Below the pieces are notes generated by a model. The model was not told the origin of the DNA. It did no database searches and saw only the letters and a program-made list of their open reading frames with translations. DNA of 64,000 bases from Macrostomum lignano (lineage: Eukaryota): NCBI GenBank assembly GCA_002269645.1, contig NIVC01001902.1, positions 82,893-146,892 on the forward strand, given 5' to 3'. Shown here piece by piece: positions 1 through 13,752 of this stretch. The position numbers and the translations under genes are program-made. Every line of letters begins with the position of its first letter. The first letter of the stretch is position 1.

Positions 1-371
1 GACTATTCAGGGCTAAAATAACAATGGCTGGACGACTGCTGCGGGACTCAAAATGCGACACAATGAGTGAGTGAGTGGCTGGCTGAGTGGCTGGTTCTAT
101 GTTTATAGACGTACACCTCTTTATAGGGCTGAGGGAGGCAGAGAGGAGAGAGAGAGAGGAGATTTTAGAGAACAGGGAAGAAAGTTGCAGGGTGCAGCGA
201 ACTCTCCGATTGACTGATCAATTTGTTTGAACTGGATCGAATGGTTATAGAAAATGTTATTTGAATTATAATGCCTGGCTGCATATATAAACGATTTGGT
301 TTCTCGTCTGAGATTTGAAAAGCATAAATATCAAATTTCATATTTTCAATAAATTAGCATTTCGGCTTCAA

Positions 372-845
372 ATTCCAAGATCCCAAGTTAGAATCCCAAG
401 ATACCAAGTTGGAATTCCAAGATCCTAAGTTAGAATCCCAAGATCCCAAGTTAGAATCCAAAGATCCCGAGTTAGAATTCCACGATCCCAAGTTGGAATC
501 CCACGATCCCAAGTTAGAATATTTTCAAGATCCCTAGTTAGAATCCCAAGATCCCTAGTTAGAATCCCAAGATCCCTAGTTAGAATCCCACGATCCCAAG
601 TTAGAATATTTTCAAGATCCCTAGTTAGAATCCCAAGATCCCTAGTTAGAATCCCAAGATCCCTAGTTAGAATCCCACGATCCCAAGTTAGAATATTTTC
701 AAGATCCTTAGTTAGAATCCCAAGATCCCTAGTTAGAATTCCAAGATCCCTAGTTAGAATTCCAAGATCCCGAGTTAGAATTCCAAGATCCCGAGTTAGA
801 ATCCCAAGATCCCGAGTTAGAATCCCAAGATCCCAAGTTAGAATC
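372..845. repeat. 21-bp minisatellite (GATCCCAAGTTAGAATCCCAA-like)
   Basis: About 22 tandem units visible; the 21-bp unit explains the periodic ILTRDLG ORF. Confidence 0.95.
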
Positions 846-1782
846 TGATTGAATTCCCAGCTGCTATAGCATCGAAAATCACACCCCAGCCGGCAATGTG
901 TCAAGCCCAATCAGATGTCAAAATGATGAGGATTATTATTAAATTATTGTCCAAACTAATAACACAAATTCTGTGACATCCCATCAAAAGAACAAACAGA
1001 TTATTATAGAATCCCCAGCAATGTCCGTTTGACATTCAGACTGGACAGATATAAAAGTAGAAAAAATAAACTTGCTTTATTGAAGGCCTGATTTTATAAA
1101 CTCTCCCTTACCCTCTTGCCCTGAGGGGCATAGGAAAATGATGGCTGTGAAAAGGGGATAAAAAGGAAGGCTGGTGGGACGACAGACAGGAAGCCTCGTC
1201 CATTCCTCGGCATCATCAAAGTGAGCGACCTGCACCGGAGGGGACTCCAGAGGATTTATGGGATCCCCCGCTGCGCCTCGCCCCCCATGCGCGTGGACTC
1301 GTTGGCAATCCGGGAGATTAAGGAGAGATATCCTTCTATTGAAAACCACTACATACAGCCATAGCCTCACATATGCTTATGAGTCACCCCTTAGCTTGTC
1401 GTCCTCTAGCAGGAAACGGGCAGGCAGGAGGCCTCTCCACTTTCCAAAATGGACTCGCAGATAGAAATGGAAATGTCAGCAACAGCGGGGGGTTGCTTCT
1501 GTTGGCTTCCTTCCAAGTTCAAATCCTCGGTTATTACGTAATTTACCTGTCGTCCCCTAACTATGGGCGCATTCGTACCCCTCGCGACTTGGACAGCGGC
1601 AAACTAAAGCCAGGGATTGCGGAATTGCTTCATCTGCGCTGCCAGTCTGGCTGGCCGTCTGCTTTCGCAATTATTTCTGCTTCAGCTTGTTTTAACTAAA
1701 ATGAAATGCGAAGAATGCGTTCGGCCACTCGCGGCTTTTATTGTTGGGACGCAAGAATTTATGGAATTTTCTTTCTGGGACC

Positions 1783-2302
<520 letters not shown>

Positions 2303-2859
2303 TGCCTATAAACACACCCAGAGTTCAGACGCGACATGAACAAAGGCAGCAGAGGCGGCAGGTGTGAGGCCGGAGCCGCAGCCTGACCTTAAAGGCCGCG
2401 TTAACGCCAGGCTCCAGCGGTTGTATAATATACAGCCGCGTATTGGGGGGGGGGGCGGCATGAACAGCTTCGAACGGCCTCTAAAATTTCCTAGAAACCG
2501 GACTGCAACGGCCCCGCTACCCTTCCCTCTCCAGGTGGGCCTGCGGCTTTGCACTTGCTCCTGGTATGGCTGTTTGGGATGGGATGGGATCTTGGAAACT
2601 GTCGGGATCTGGGATGAATATATTGCCAACCCAGCATCCCCCCCCCTGAACTCCCAGGTGCTGGCAGGGCAACATCAAGTTACCGGTGCGCCTGTTGTTT
2701 AGACTGTGCAGCATCTTCGAGGTCGCGCGCTTATTAAGTCAGGCAGGGCTAGAAGGGATGGCTGTGCAGGGGTGAGGGCAGATTGATAGCATGGGCATAA
2801 AGATAGGGGAGATTCATCCCGATCCTGCCGCCCCATGCCGAGCCAAATTGAAAACTTTA

Positions 2860-3392
2860 GGGAGTTGCTGAGATGCCATGGCTGAATGGGGGAGTTGCTG
2901 AGATGCCATGGCTCAATGGGGGAGTTGCTGAGATGCCATGGCTCAATGGGGGAGTTGCTGAGATGCCATGGCTCAATGGGGGAGTTGCTGAGATGCCATG
3001 GCTCAATGGGGGAGTTGCTGAGATGCCATGGCTCAATGGGGGAGTTGCTGAGATGCCATGGCTCAATGGGGGAGTTGCTGAGATGCCATGGCTCAATGGG
3101 GGAGTTGCTGAGATGCCATGGCTCAATGGGGGAGTTGCTGAGATGCCATGGCTCAATGGGGGAGTTGCTGAGATGCCATGGCTCAATGGGGGAGTTGCTG
3201 AGATGCCATGGCTCAATGGGGGAGTTGCTGAGATGCCATGGCTCAATGGGGGAGTTGCTGAGATGCCATGGCTCAATGGGGGAGTTGCTGAGATGCCATG
3301 GCTCAATGGGGGAGTTGCTGAGATGCCATGGCTCAATGGGGGAGTTGCTGAGATGCCATGGCTCAATGGGGAGTTGCTGAGATGCCATGGCT
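2860..3392. repeat. Near-perfect 30-bp minisatellite (GGGGAGTTGCTGAGATGCCATGGCTCAATG)
   Basis: About 17 essentially identical copies; successive 60-nt lines are identical. Confidence 0.98.
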
Positions 3393-4224
3393 CAAAGGTG
3401 GAGGTTAAGCTAGTTAGTTCTTGGCTTAAAAAAACAAATACTACAGAGCCAAAGGCCCCCCTTAGCGTGCTTCTGAGCCAGTGCGCCTTTATTCTTGGAG
3501 CGGACGGAATCAATAACTGAAGCGTTCTCCCCCCCCTCCCCGGCTGAGTTTCTCGGCCAAGGCAAGGCGGACTGCCGGACTGATGAAGGGGCTTGGCACA
3601 GGGTAGAGAGAGTCAGGGAGAAATCAGTCTGGAGAAAGAACTGCTGGCTCCAACTCTCCTCTCTTCTCTCTCTTCAATTTAGACTTAGTGGGAGAGAATT
3701 CTCCAGGATTTGGGATTCGGCTTAGTACGTGTGTTTCCTCATCGGGGTTAGGGGGAAAAGAAGGTCCAGAATCCAGAGGGAGAGTGTGGCCGCGTATGAA
3801 CGGATCAAAAGCTGGTTGGCCTCTCCGAGGCTCATCAAAAAATTGCTTTTTTTTCTGCGTGAGAGAGAGAGAGAGAGAGAGAGGCTTCATACAGGCTGGG
3901 CTACACTGCATGCTATGCAATATGTATTAGATCTGGATTATAAGCAAAAACTCTTCTTTACTCATAATCCATATCGATCTTGCTTTGAGCTGATGCCTGC
4001 TGAGTACTTAGCGCATTGTGCATTAGTTTGGGTACAATTTTATTGGATACCCTAGCGGTCACGTGACTGACCAGATGTGTGCGTGTGTGTGTGCGAGATC
4101 TCGCGATCGAGTAAGTGTATTCCTAGCATAGTTATATCTACATAATTTTCTACAATCCATCATCGATTTATAGAGATGCCTATAGAACACATTAGCTGCA
4201 AGCCTGCATATATCTATCAGATAA

Positions 4225-4878
4225 CAGATCCCAGGATCCCAGATCCGCAGATCCTAGATCCGTAGATTCCAGATTCCAGATCCAAGATCCCAGATCCCAA
4301 GACTCTAGATCCCAAGATCCCAGATCCCAAGACTCTAGATCCCAAGATCCCAGATCCCAAGACTCTAGATCCCAAGATCCCAGATCCCAAGACTCTAGAT
4401 CCCAAGATCCCAGATCCCAAGACTCTAGATCCCAAGATCCCAGATCCCAAGACTCTAGATCCCAAGATCCCAGATCCCAAAACTCCAGATCCCAGATAAC
4501 AAGATCCCAGATCCTAAGACCCAAAATCCTAGATCCCAAGACTCCAGATCCAAAGATCCCAGATCCCAAGACTTCAGATCCTAAGATCCCAACATTCCAG
4601 ATCCCAAGATCCCAACATTCTAGCTCCCAAGACTTCAGATGAATCAGATCCCAAGATCCCAACATTCCAGATCCCAAGATCCCAACATTCCAGATCCCAA
4701 GATCCCAACATTCTAGCTCCCAAGACTTCAGATGAATCAGATCCCAAGATCCCAACATTCCAGATCCCAAGATCCCAACATTCCAGATCCCAACATCCCA
4801 ACATTCCAGATCCCAACATCCCAACATTCCAGATCCCAAGACTTCAGATCCCAAGATCCCAACATTCCAGATCCCAAG
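4225..4878. repeat. Composite GATCCCAA minisatellite (30-bp unit, then shorter variant units)
   Basis: AGATCCCAAGACTCTAGATCCCAAGATCCC repeats grading into GATCCCAACATTCCA units; ends 8 bp from the exon donor. Confidence 0.93.
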
Positions 4879-4886
4879 TCTCTCAC

Positions 4887-5330
4887 CCTTCTTGACGAGC
4901 ATTTTGCTCGAGTGCACGACAGTCTCTCGGCCGTCCGGCCCAGCAACGGCGGCCTCGCAGAACAGGCGGTACTTCGGCAGCCGCGACGATGCAGCTAAGA
5001 AGTCCGCATCCTCCGCCGCGGCCAGAATAGCGACGCTGCCGTCGCCGCGGTCATTGAACATCGAGCTGGTGTCCCCGGCGCCGACATAGTCGCTGTCGAC
5101 CACCCGCGGTTTGCCGCCATCGTGGAGATTGTACTCCAGCTTCTCGAAGCGCCACCGGATGTTCACCGGGGTGCCCGACGTTGATATCGATGATCCCGAC
5201 GATGTCGGAGGCTTGGTCGACTGCGCCCGACACGAGACGATGGTGTCGGACGTGGTCGAGGACACCAGAAATTGCGCCGGCGGCTGCTGGCTGAACACCG
5301 GAGACACCGGGTCCTTGTCGCTGCTCGAGT
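4887..5330 (-). CDS. Internal exon encoding an immunoglobulin-like domain (DSCAM/Sidekick/Robo-type cell adhesion protein)
   Basis: GC-rich open frame SPVFSQQPPAQFLVSSTTSDTIVSCRAQ...IRW...DGSVAI...YRLFCEA. It has the Ig Cys-Trp-Cys pattern and resembles the DSCAM Ig1 start (PVFxxEPP). Minus-strand acceptor tcccag at 5331 and donor GTGAGA at 4886. Confidence 0.7.
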
Positions 5331-5404
5331 CTGGGACTGGAGTCATTGGGAAGGGGTGTCGGAGTTCGTTTGGAGTCCCGGTTTTGCAATTATTGAAATT
5401 CTGA

Positions 5405-6110
5405 TCCCTGATCTGGGGATCTGATTCCTGTTTTGTGATTCTGATCCCTGTTTTTGGATTCTGATCCCTATTTTGGGATTCTGATCTCCCTGTTTTGGGA
5501 TTCTGATCCCTATTTTGGGATTCTGATCTCCCTGTTTTGGGATTCTGATTTCCCTGTTTTGGGATTCTGATTTCCCTGTTTTGGGATTCTGATTTCCCTG
5601 TTTTGGGATTCTGATTTCCCTGTTTTGGGATTCTGATTTCCCTGTTTTGGGATTCTGATTTCCCTGTTTTGGGATTCTGATTTCCCTGTTTTGGGATTCT
5701 GATCTCTCTGTTTTGGGATTCTGATCCCTGTTTTAGGATTCATATCCCTATCCTTGGGATTCTGATCCTTGTTTTGGGATTCTGATTCCTGTTTTAGGAT
5801 TCATATCCCTATCCTTGGGATTCTGATCCCTGTTTTGGAATTCTGATCCCTGTTTTAGGATTCATATCCCTATCCTTGGGATTCCGATCCTTGTTTTGGG
5901 ATTCTGATCCCTGTTCTGGGATTCTGATCCCTGTTTTGGGATTCTGATCCCTGTTTTGGGGATTCATATCCCTACCTTTTGAGAATTGGGATTCTGATCC
6001 CTGTTCTGGGATTCTGATTTCTGTTTTGGGATTCTTATCCCTTTCTTTGGGATTCTGATCTCTGTTTTGGAATTCATATCCCTGTATCTTTAGGATTCTA
6101 AACCCTGTTT
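5405..6110. repeat. 20-22-bp minisatellite (GATTCTGATTTCCCTGTTTTGG)
   Basis: Direct reading. Confidence 0.93.
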
Positions 6111-7152
6111 TGCGATTCTTATCCCTATCTTAAGGAGTTACTGATCCAGCTATTACCGGCATTTCAAACCAGCATGCTGCAAATATTCTGCATATTATTT
6201 AACTCAAGCCCTATAAAGTTCACAGTCGATCCACACGGTCTAAGCATTAAAAAATCCATAATACCCGTAATTAGTACATTCTAACAAGCTCATATAAAAG
6301 TGCAGAGTCCATTATTTCTCCACTTAACATTAATAAGTTACAACTGTCATTCCTATTCAATCAATCATCATTTCCATCAATGAAATGCTTGAATGCTTTG
6401 AAGGCAGGAACAATTGACAATTATGATATTAAATCAAGTATAGTATTGCCATACATGTAGCGTTACTGCTAAGAGAAGCGTGTACAGAGAAAAGCATTAT
6501 ATTAGAAGCCCTAAATACTATGCACAGATCTGATTGACAGGTGCGCGAGGAAGGGTGGAAAGAGAAGCGAGAGGAAAGAGGGAAGGAATGACTGACTGAA
6601 TGGGGCAAATTCAGACTGTTCTATGCTCATGTTTAGTCACTGCCAGTCAGCCAGTGTTATAAAAAAGGAATAAGTGAGTCAGCCAGCCTCCTTAATTTCT
6701 CACCTTTAAACACATCTCAACGCAAACTGCATCAAACGCACAATGGTGTGAAGTAAGCTCTATTGTAGAACAAAGACCCGTCTCTTCCAGCTGACCAGCA
6801 ACTAGCAGTGTTTGTTCTTTGTGAGAACTTTTCTCGCTAGAATTAGACAGCAGATTAACAAAGAGCCGCTGTTCAAACAATACTAAACTATTACTATGCA
6901 GAACTATTGTGGATACCGTAATATAATGAATTAGTCACCGAAATACCACAACAAGTAAACTCAAATTATAGAATTTATGCCGCACCGTGACTCAGACAGG
7001 AAAAAATACAATTAACTAAGGACAGATCAGACAAAGAAGTACTTTATACAGGAAACAGGCTTCCAGTTACAGTTGCAAGATAAAATGCAAGTGGATTCGG
7101 AATTAGGATAATCTTTCTTAACACTGCTTGAAAGCATTGATGGAGCAGCATA

Positions 7153-7690
7153 AGTAACTGAGGATCTGGGAGGCTGGCCCCAGTAACTGAGGATCTGGGA
7201 GGGTGGCCCCAGTAACTGAGGGTCTGGGAGGGTGGCTCAGCAACTGAGGATCTGGGAGGGTGGCCCCAGTACGCTCGTAACTGAGGATCTGGGAGGGTGG
7301 CCCCAGTAACTGAGGATCTGGGAGGGTGGCCCCAGTAACTGAGGGTCTGGGAGGGTGGCTCAGCAACTGAGGATCTGGGAGGGTGGCCCCAGTAACTGAG
7401 GATCTAGGAGGGTGGCTCAGCAACTGAGGATCTGGGAGGCTGGCTCAGCAACTGAGGATCTGGGAGGGTGGACCCAGAAACTGAGGATCTGGGAGGGTGG
7501 ACCCAGAAACTGAGGAGCTGGGAGGGTGGACCCAGAAACTGAGGATCTGGGAGGGTGGACCCAGAAACTGAGGAGCTGGGAAGCTGACCCAGCAACTGAG
7601 GATCTGGGAAGCTGACCCAGCAACTGAGGATCTGGGAAGCTGACCCAGCAACTGAGGATCTGGGAAGCTGATTCAGCAACTGAGGATCTG
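7153..7690. repeat. 28-29-bp minisatellite (AACTGAGGATCTGGGAGGGTGGCCCCAGT)
   Basis: Direct reading; reverse complement of the 12660-13710 family. Confidence 0.93.
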
Positions 7691-7939
7691 AGAAGGTGCA
7701 GGCGACCCGAATTCAAGGACAGCCTTGAGACCGGGGAACGATACACGGACGGAAGGTAAGGCCACTCTTTGAACCCGTTTTTATCTTTTTCTTACTCGAA
7801 TAACCGCAAGGGTAAGCAGCCACAGAGATAATGCAATTGGCAATGACTCAGTCACTGTCGAAAATGTCCAATTTTACAACTTTAAACATAACTTGGTCTT
7901 TAACTCTTGTATACCCTGCCATGCACCTACTGTATAAGC

Positions 7940-8602
7940 TTGTGGGCGGCTAACTCCCGCCATGGGGCCACATGCGGCCAGCGAAGCCTCTATCTGGCCC
8001 TCGGGTCCTTTGAAAATTTAACAGTAGCAATCCGGCCAGCTTAAGGTTTGTGTCTCTTCTCTCGTCTCGTCTCTCATCTCCTCTCCTCTCCTCTCTCTTC
8101 TCTCGTCTCGTCTCACCTCTCCTCTCCTCTCCTCTCTCTTCTCTGGTCTCGTCTCTCCTCTCTCTTCTCTCGTCTCGTCTCACCTCTCCTCTCCTCTCCT
8201 CTCTCTTCTCTCGTCTCGTCTCTCCTCTCCTCTCCTCTCTCTTCTCTCGTCTCTCCTCTCCTCTCCTCTCCTCTCCTCTCCTCTCCTCTCCTCTCCTCTC
8301 CTCTCCTCTCCTCTCCTCTCCTCTCCTCTCCTCTCCTCTCCTCTCTCTTCTCTCCTCTTCTCTCCCATCTTCTCTCTTCTCCTCTCTACTCGCTTCTCTT
8401 CTCTCTCGTATCTTCTCTCCTATTCTCTCGTCTCCTATTCTCTCCTCTACTCCCCTGTCTCGCGACTCGACTCGTCTCTCCTCTCCTCTCTTCTTTTCTT
8501 CTATTCCCTCTCCTCTCTCCCCTCTTGTGGCCCCGGAGTCAAGCGCTAGATTCTCTATCTGGCCTTCGAGGTAAAATAAAAAAGTTTGCCCCGACCCCTT
8601 GG
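7940..8602 (+). mobile_element. Degenerate hAT (Charlie-like) MITE with internal CT-rich expansion
   Basis: GGGCCACATGCGGCC subterminal motif shared with the 15574 copy; right end AGTTTGCCCCGACCCC; similar flanks (tgtataag / ggtataaa). Confidence 0.7.
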
Positions 8603-9084
8603 TATAAATAAACTCATAAAAAAGCAAGGAGCCTGCCGCACTCACAGCGCCACTGTAAGAAGAGAGAGAGAGAGAGAGAGCATCATAAACACCGAAGGAA
8701 CTCGGAAGCAACTTTGACCTTTGCTATCTCTAATTTGTCTATTAGTATGAACAGCGGCAGTTGAGGCAGTCGGGCAGGCAAAGCAGACTTTAGTCTGCAC
8801 ACCACCCTCCCTAAATATGCGCGCTGCGCAATTCCGTTTTAAAAAAAGACTTAACTCAACTACATGGCCTTCTAAAACACAATTAGAGATACCAGAACCC
8901 ACTGCGCCGGGTTATGACAATTAATCAAGTGCGCTTTTCGGCACAGGAAATTATAGCATAAAGGTTCCTCTTATCTGTCTGAGAAGTGTTAAGTTTAGTT
9001 TTAGTAAGTTGAACAATGACATACCCGAGCTCTCTAAATCTAAAATAGACTTATAAAATGGAGTCCGATTCTATGTTATACAGC

Positions 9085-9425
9085 ATGGACGTCGTGTCAT
9101 AGCACATGTCATAGAACATGGACATGCCATGTCATAGCACATGTCATAGAACATAGCATGTCATGTCATAGCATGTCATAGAACATGGACATGCCATGTC
9201 AGAGCAAATGTCATAGAACATGGACACGCCATTTCATAGCACATGTCATAGAACATGGATATGCCATGTCATAGCACATGTCATAGGCATGTACATGTCA
9301 TGCCATAGCACTTCATAGAACATGGACATGTCATGCCATATAGCACATGTCATAAAGCATGGACATGTAATGTCAGAGCACATGTCATAGAACATGGACA
9401 TGTAATGTCATAGCACATTTTATAG
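9085..9425. repeat. Degenerate ~35-bp CATGTCATAG(A/C)A minisatellite
   Basis: Direct reading. Confidence 0.88.
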
Positions 9426-10099
9426 AACATGCTGTCATAGAACCTAATAACAAAAATATCTTTACAGTTCTGCTTACCGTTGTATAATAATAATCATATT
9501 AATCATATTTCGCATAATTTTTAGTTCTCCACCCAGTTCATTTTTTGGGCGACGAGGAAGCAAGCCAGGGCCGGTTTTAAGGGAGAAAACTTCCCCCCCC
9601 CCACTCAGTCCCTGCTTTCCGTCTCCCTCCCTTCACTGTTCACTCTACCCTCAGAACCGTGCTCACGGGTTTTGAGTCAGGAGAGGAGAGCCGCTGCTGC
9701 TCTGCCCCACCCTTCAACTGTACCAATTAATGCAAACCAAATGCCTCAGATTATGTATAACCTTGAGCTAGTGAGCATTTCCAGCTCACTCTCCCATAAT
9801 ATTCCCAAAATCTTCTCTCCCCCCCCCAATCGCCTTTTTTATGAATTCCCAAACTTCATTCAACCCTCTGAATAGCAAAGCAGAAAATTCTTCCCCTATA
9901 CACTTTCTCTCCTCACGTCACCGTCACCACCCACCACTCTTCAGGCAGATCCTCTCACTCTGTGAGTCGCTGACTCAGTCAGGTATTTTGAGCAGTATGG
10001 GGCTGAGTAGCCGTTGACAATTTTATATCTAGAATATAGAGTTTGCAATTAATTTAGAAACTAGATCATATAATAATGATTAGTGCTTGATAATAGGAC

Positions 10100-11308
10100 A
10101 ACCTGACAGTTCATTTGACAATCCGACAGTTCATTAGACAACCCGACAGTTCATTTGACAATCCGACAGTTCATTAGACAACCCGACAGTTCATTTGACA
10201 ATCCGACAGTTCATTTGACAACCCAACAGTTCATTAGACAACCCGACAGTTCATTTGACAACCCGACAGTTCATTTGACAATCCGACAGTTCATTTAACA
10301 ACCCAACAGCTCATTAGACAACCCGACAGTTCATTTAACAACCCGACAGTTCATTTGACAATCCGACAGTTCATTACACAACCCGACAGTTCATTTAACA
10401 ACCCGACAGTTCATTTAACAACCCGACAGTTCATTTAACAACCCGACAGTTCATTTAACAACCTGACAGTTCATTTGACAATCCGACAGTTCATTAGACA
10501 ACCCGACAGTTCATTTGACAATCCGACAGTTCATTAGACAACCCGACAGTTCATTTGACAATCCGACAGTTCATTTAACAACCCAACAGCTCATTAGACA
10601 ACCCGACAGTTCATTTAACAACCCGACAGTTCATTTGACAATCCGACAGTTCATTACACAACCCGACAGTTCATTTAACAACCCGACAGTTCATTTAACA
10701 ACCCGACAGTTCATTTAACAACCCGACAGTTCATTTAACAACCCGCAGTTCATTTAACAACCCGACAGTTCATTTGACAACCCGACAGTTCATTAGACAA
10801 CCCGACAGTTCATTTGACAACCCGACAGTTCATTTAACAATCCGACAGTTCATTTAACAACCCAACAGCTCATTAGACAAACCGACAGTTCATTTAACAA
10901 CCCGACAGTTCATTAGACAACCCAACAGTTCATTACACAACCCGACAATTCATTTAACAACCCGCAGTTCATTTAACAAGTAACAACCCGACAGTTCATT
11001 TAACAACCCGACAGTTTATTTAACAACCCAAAAGTTCATTTAACAACCCGAAAGTTCATTTAACAACCTGACAATTCATTTAACAACCCGACAGTTCATT
11101 TGACAACCCGACAGTTCATTTAACAACCCGACAGTTCATTTAACAACCCGACAGTTTATTTAACAACCCGACAGTTCATTTGACAACCCGACAGTTCATT
11201 TAACAACCCGACAGTTCATTTAACAACCCGACAGTTTATTTAACAACCCGACAGTTCATTTAACAACCCGACAGTTCATTTGACAACCCGACAGTTCATT
11301 TGACAACC
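10100..11308. repeat. 20-bp minisatellite (ACAACCCGACAGTTCATTTA), ~60 copies
   Basis: Direct reading. Confidence 0.97.
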
Positions 11309-12659
11309 TATAGTGACTGTGTCTGAATTCTGTTAATGCAAAGTTGCCAAACTGACTGACAGACTGACTGACAAGTTTACAAAGATCAGAAAGTTTCGCT
11401 TACGATTGATTACAAGAAGTCATACTCGAATTACTGCGAGTCACCGTAATATCACCGTTCAAACTTAATTGATCGCTGCTCTATAGTGTAAGCTTTCTAA
11501 CGTAAATGAGTAGAGAGCTATCGAGTGTATTAAAGTGAGAGAAAACTGTCACTCTATGCATTCTAGACAGAAACGCATTAGCGATGGCCTCGTCGCCAAA
11601 AGAAAGAAAGCCACCAGGCAGACAGGCAAAGTCAAACAACATTCTGCTTTTAAGCGCATTATGCAGACTATATGTGGTGTATTACAACCTGGAACAGGCC
11701 ATACAGGTGTGTGCGCCTCTGCCCCTCCCACATGACCTGGTCCTGTTCTTGTCACCTACCTCACCCTGGCTGTTTGCCAACTGCTTCTAAAAGCAGAAAG
11801 ATTTCTATTAAAGAATCTTTAAAAAATGGGATGCTGCTGTCGGCCTGCAGAAACTTGGAAGGAATGGAAGGGAAATTCTTCACCGACTTCGTGCCCGCCA
11901 ACTATAAGTTTGTCATGGTTTCTGTGCATGTGTGTGTGTCTCTTACTAATTTTTTGCTTTCTCTCCTGCCAGATGCAAGCGCTTGAAGCAGAAGACAGTC
12001 TCCTGCAGCGGTCAAGCGGCAGCCAAGCGGCTCCTTCTACCCTGCAGTCTCCCAGATTTTGTCAATCACGGAGCGCGGGACGCGGAAAAAGTATAGGTGG
12101 GGGGAGGTCTCCTGCAGTCCAGACTCTTCCTCATCATCCCTCATGCCTGCCTGCCTGTTTTGGCAGAGGATGGAAAATTGGTAAATCTAATTCATTCGTC
12201 ACAACACGCAGGCCTTCCTATAGCACTAGCACTCTCTCGCTTTACACTGTTTTCTGGCACAGATTCGGACTATGGGTTCGGGTTCCGTTGGGTTGCTGCT
12301 GTTGCTGCCTCCGCCTCCCACTTGAATCCAACATCGATCGATCCCATAACAAAGTCCTCAACTGCTCCCTCCTATTAATATTTAGCCGCTTAGCTGGACC
12401 AAAAAACGGAAAAGGAGAGAAGGGGCACGGAAAAAAACTGCTACAGTACAGTTCCGCCTTTTTGATTTATCACAGCCCAGTATAGCGGTATGAATGCATT
12501 GGGGTTCCTTGGTGGAAAGGGAATCCCGTTAGCCATATGTACGCTTTTATCAGTAATCCATGCACAATCAGATCTGTTTTGGCATTCCAAACATTGAATT
12601 CAAAGTTTTTGTTGCTCGACTAGTGGCCACTGCTGCACCCTCTCAGTTCCTCACTTGCT

Positions 12660-13710
12660 GGGCTGTCAGCCTCCCAGATCCTCAGTTTCTGGGCCAGCCT
12701 CCAAGATCCTCAGTTTCTGGGCCAGCCTCCAAGATCCTAAGTTTCTGGGCCAGCCTCCCAGATCCTCAGTTGCTGGGCCAGCCTCCCAGATCCTCAGTTT
12801 CTGGGCCAGCCTCCAAGATCCTCAGTTTCTGGGCCAGCCTCCAAGATCCTAAGTTTCTGGGCCAGCCTCCCAGATCCTCAGTTGCTGGGCTAGCCTCCCA
12901 GATCCTCAGTTGCTGAGCCAGCCTCCCAGATCCTCAGTTGCTGAGCCAGCCTCCCAGATCCTCAGTTGCTGAGCCAGCCTCCCAGATCCTCAGTTACTGG
13001 GGCCATCCTCCCAGATCCTCAGTTACTGGGGCCAGCCTCCCAGATCCTCAGTTACTGGGGCCAGCCTCCCAGATCCTCAGTTGCTGAGCCAGCCTCCCAG
13101 ATCCTCAGTTGCTGAGCCAGCCTCCCAGATCCTCAGTTGCTGGGCCAGCCTCCAAGATCCTCAGTTTCTGGGCCAGCCTCCCAGATCCTCAGTTGCTGGG
13201 CCAGCCTCCCAGATCCTCAGTTTCTGGGCCAGCCTCCCAGATCCTCAGTTGCTGGGCCAGCCTCCCGGATCCTCAGTTGCTGAGCCAGCCTCCCAGATCC
13301 TCAGTTACTGGGGCCAGCCTCCCAGATCCTCAATTACTGGGCTACCCTCCCAGATCCTCAGTTGCTGAGCCAGCCTCCCAGATCCTTAGTTGCTGAGCCA
13401 CCAGCCTCCCAGATCCTCAGTTACTGAGCCACCACTCCACCAGCCTCCCAGATCCTTAGTTGCTGAGCCACCAGCCTCCCAGATCCTCAGTTGCTAGGGG
13501 CTCCCTCCCAGATCCTCAGTTGCTGGGCCAGCCTCCCAGATCCTCAGTTGCTAGGGGCTCCCTCCCAGATCCTCAGTTGCTGGGCCAGCCTCCCAGATCC
13601 TCAGTTGCTAGGGGCTCCCTCCCAGATCCTCAGTTGCTAGGGGCTCCCTCCCAGATCCTCAGTTGCTAGGGGCTCCCTCCCAGATCCTCAGTTGCTAGGG
13701 GCTCCCTCCC
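12660..13710. repeat. 28-29-bp minisatellite (GGGCCAGCCTCCCAGATCCTCAGTTGCT)
   Basis: Direct reading; inverted relative to 7153-7690. Confidence 0.95.
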
Positions 13711-13752
13711 ATATTCTCAGTTCACTGTTTTACAGATTTGATTAAACTTGAA

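Noticed and set aside
2860-3392. CRISPR-like appearance of regular 30-bp repeats (also the 28-, 34- and 41-bp arrays)
   Set aside because: Units are head-to-tail with no unique spacers, there are no cas genes, and the context is eukaryotic.
7695-7756. Possible small plus-strand exon ending at GTAAGG
   Set aside because: It has no polypyrimidine acceptor, no recognisable peptide and no partner exons.
7950-8711. 253-aa E/R-rich ORF and similar ORFs at 29868-30237
   Set aside because: These are the CT/AG low-complexity interior of hAT MITEs.
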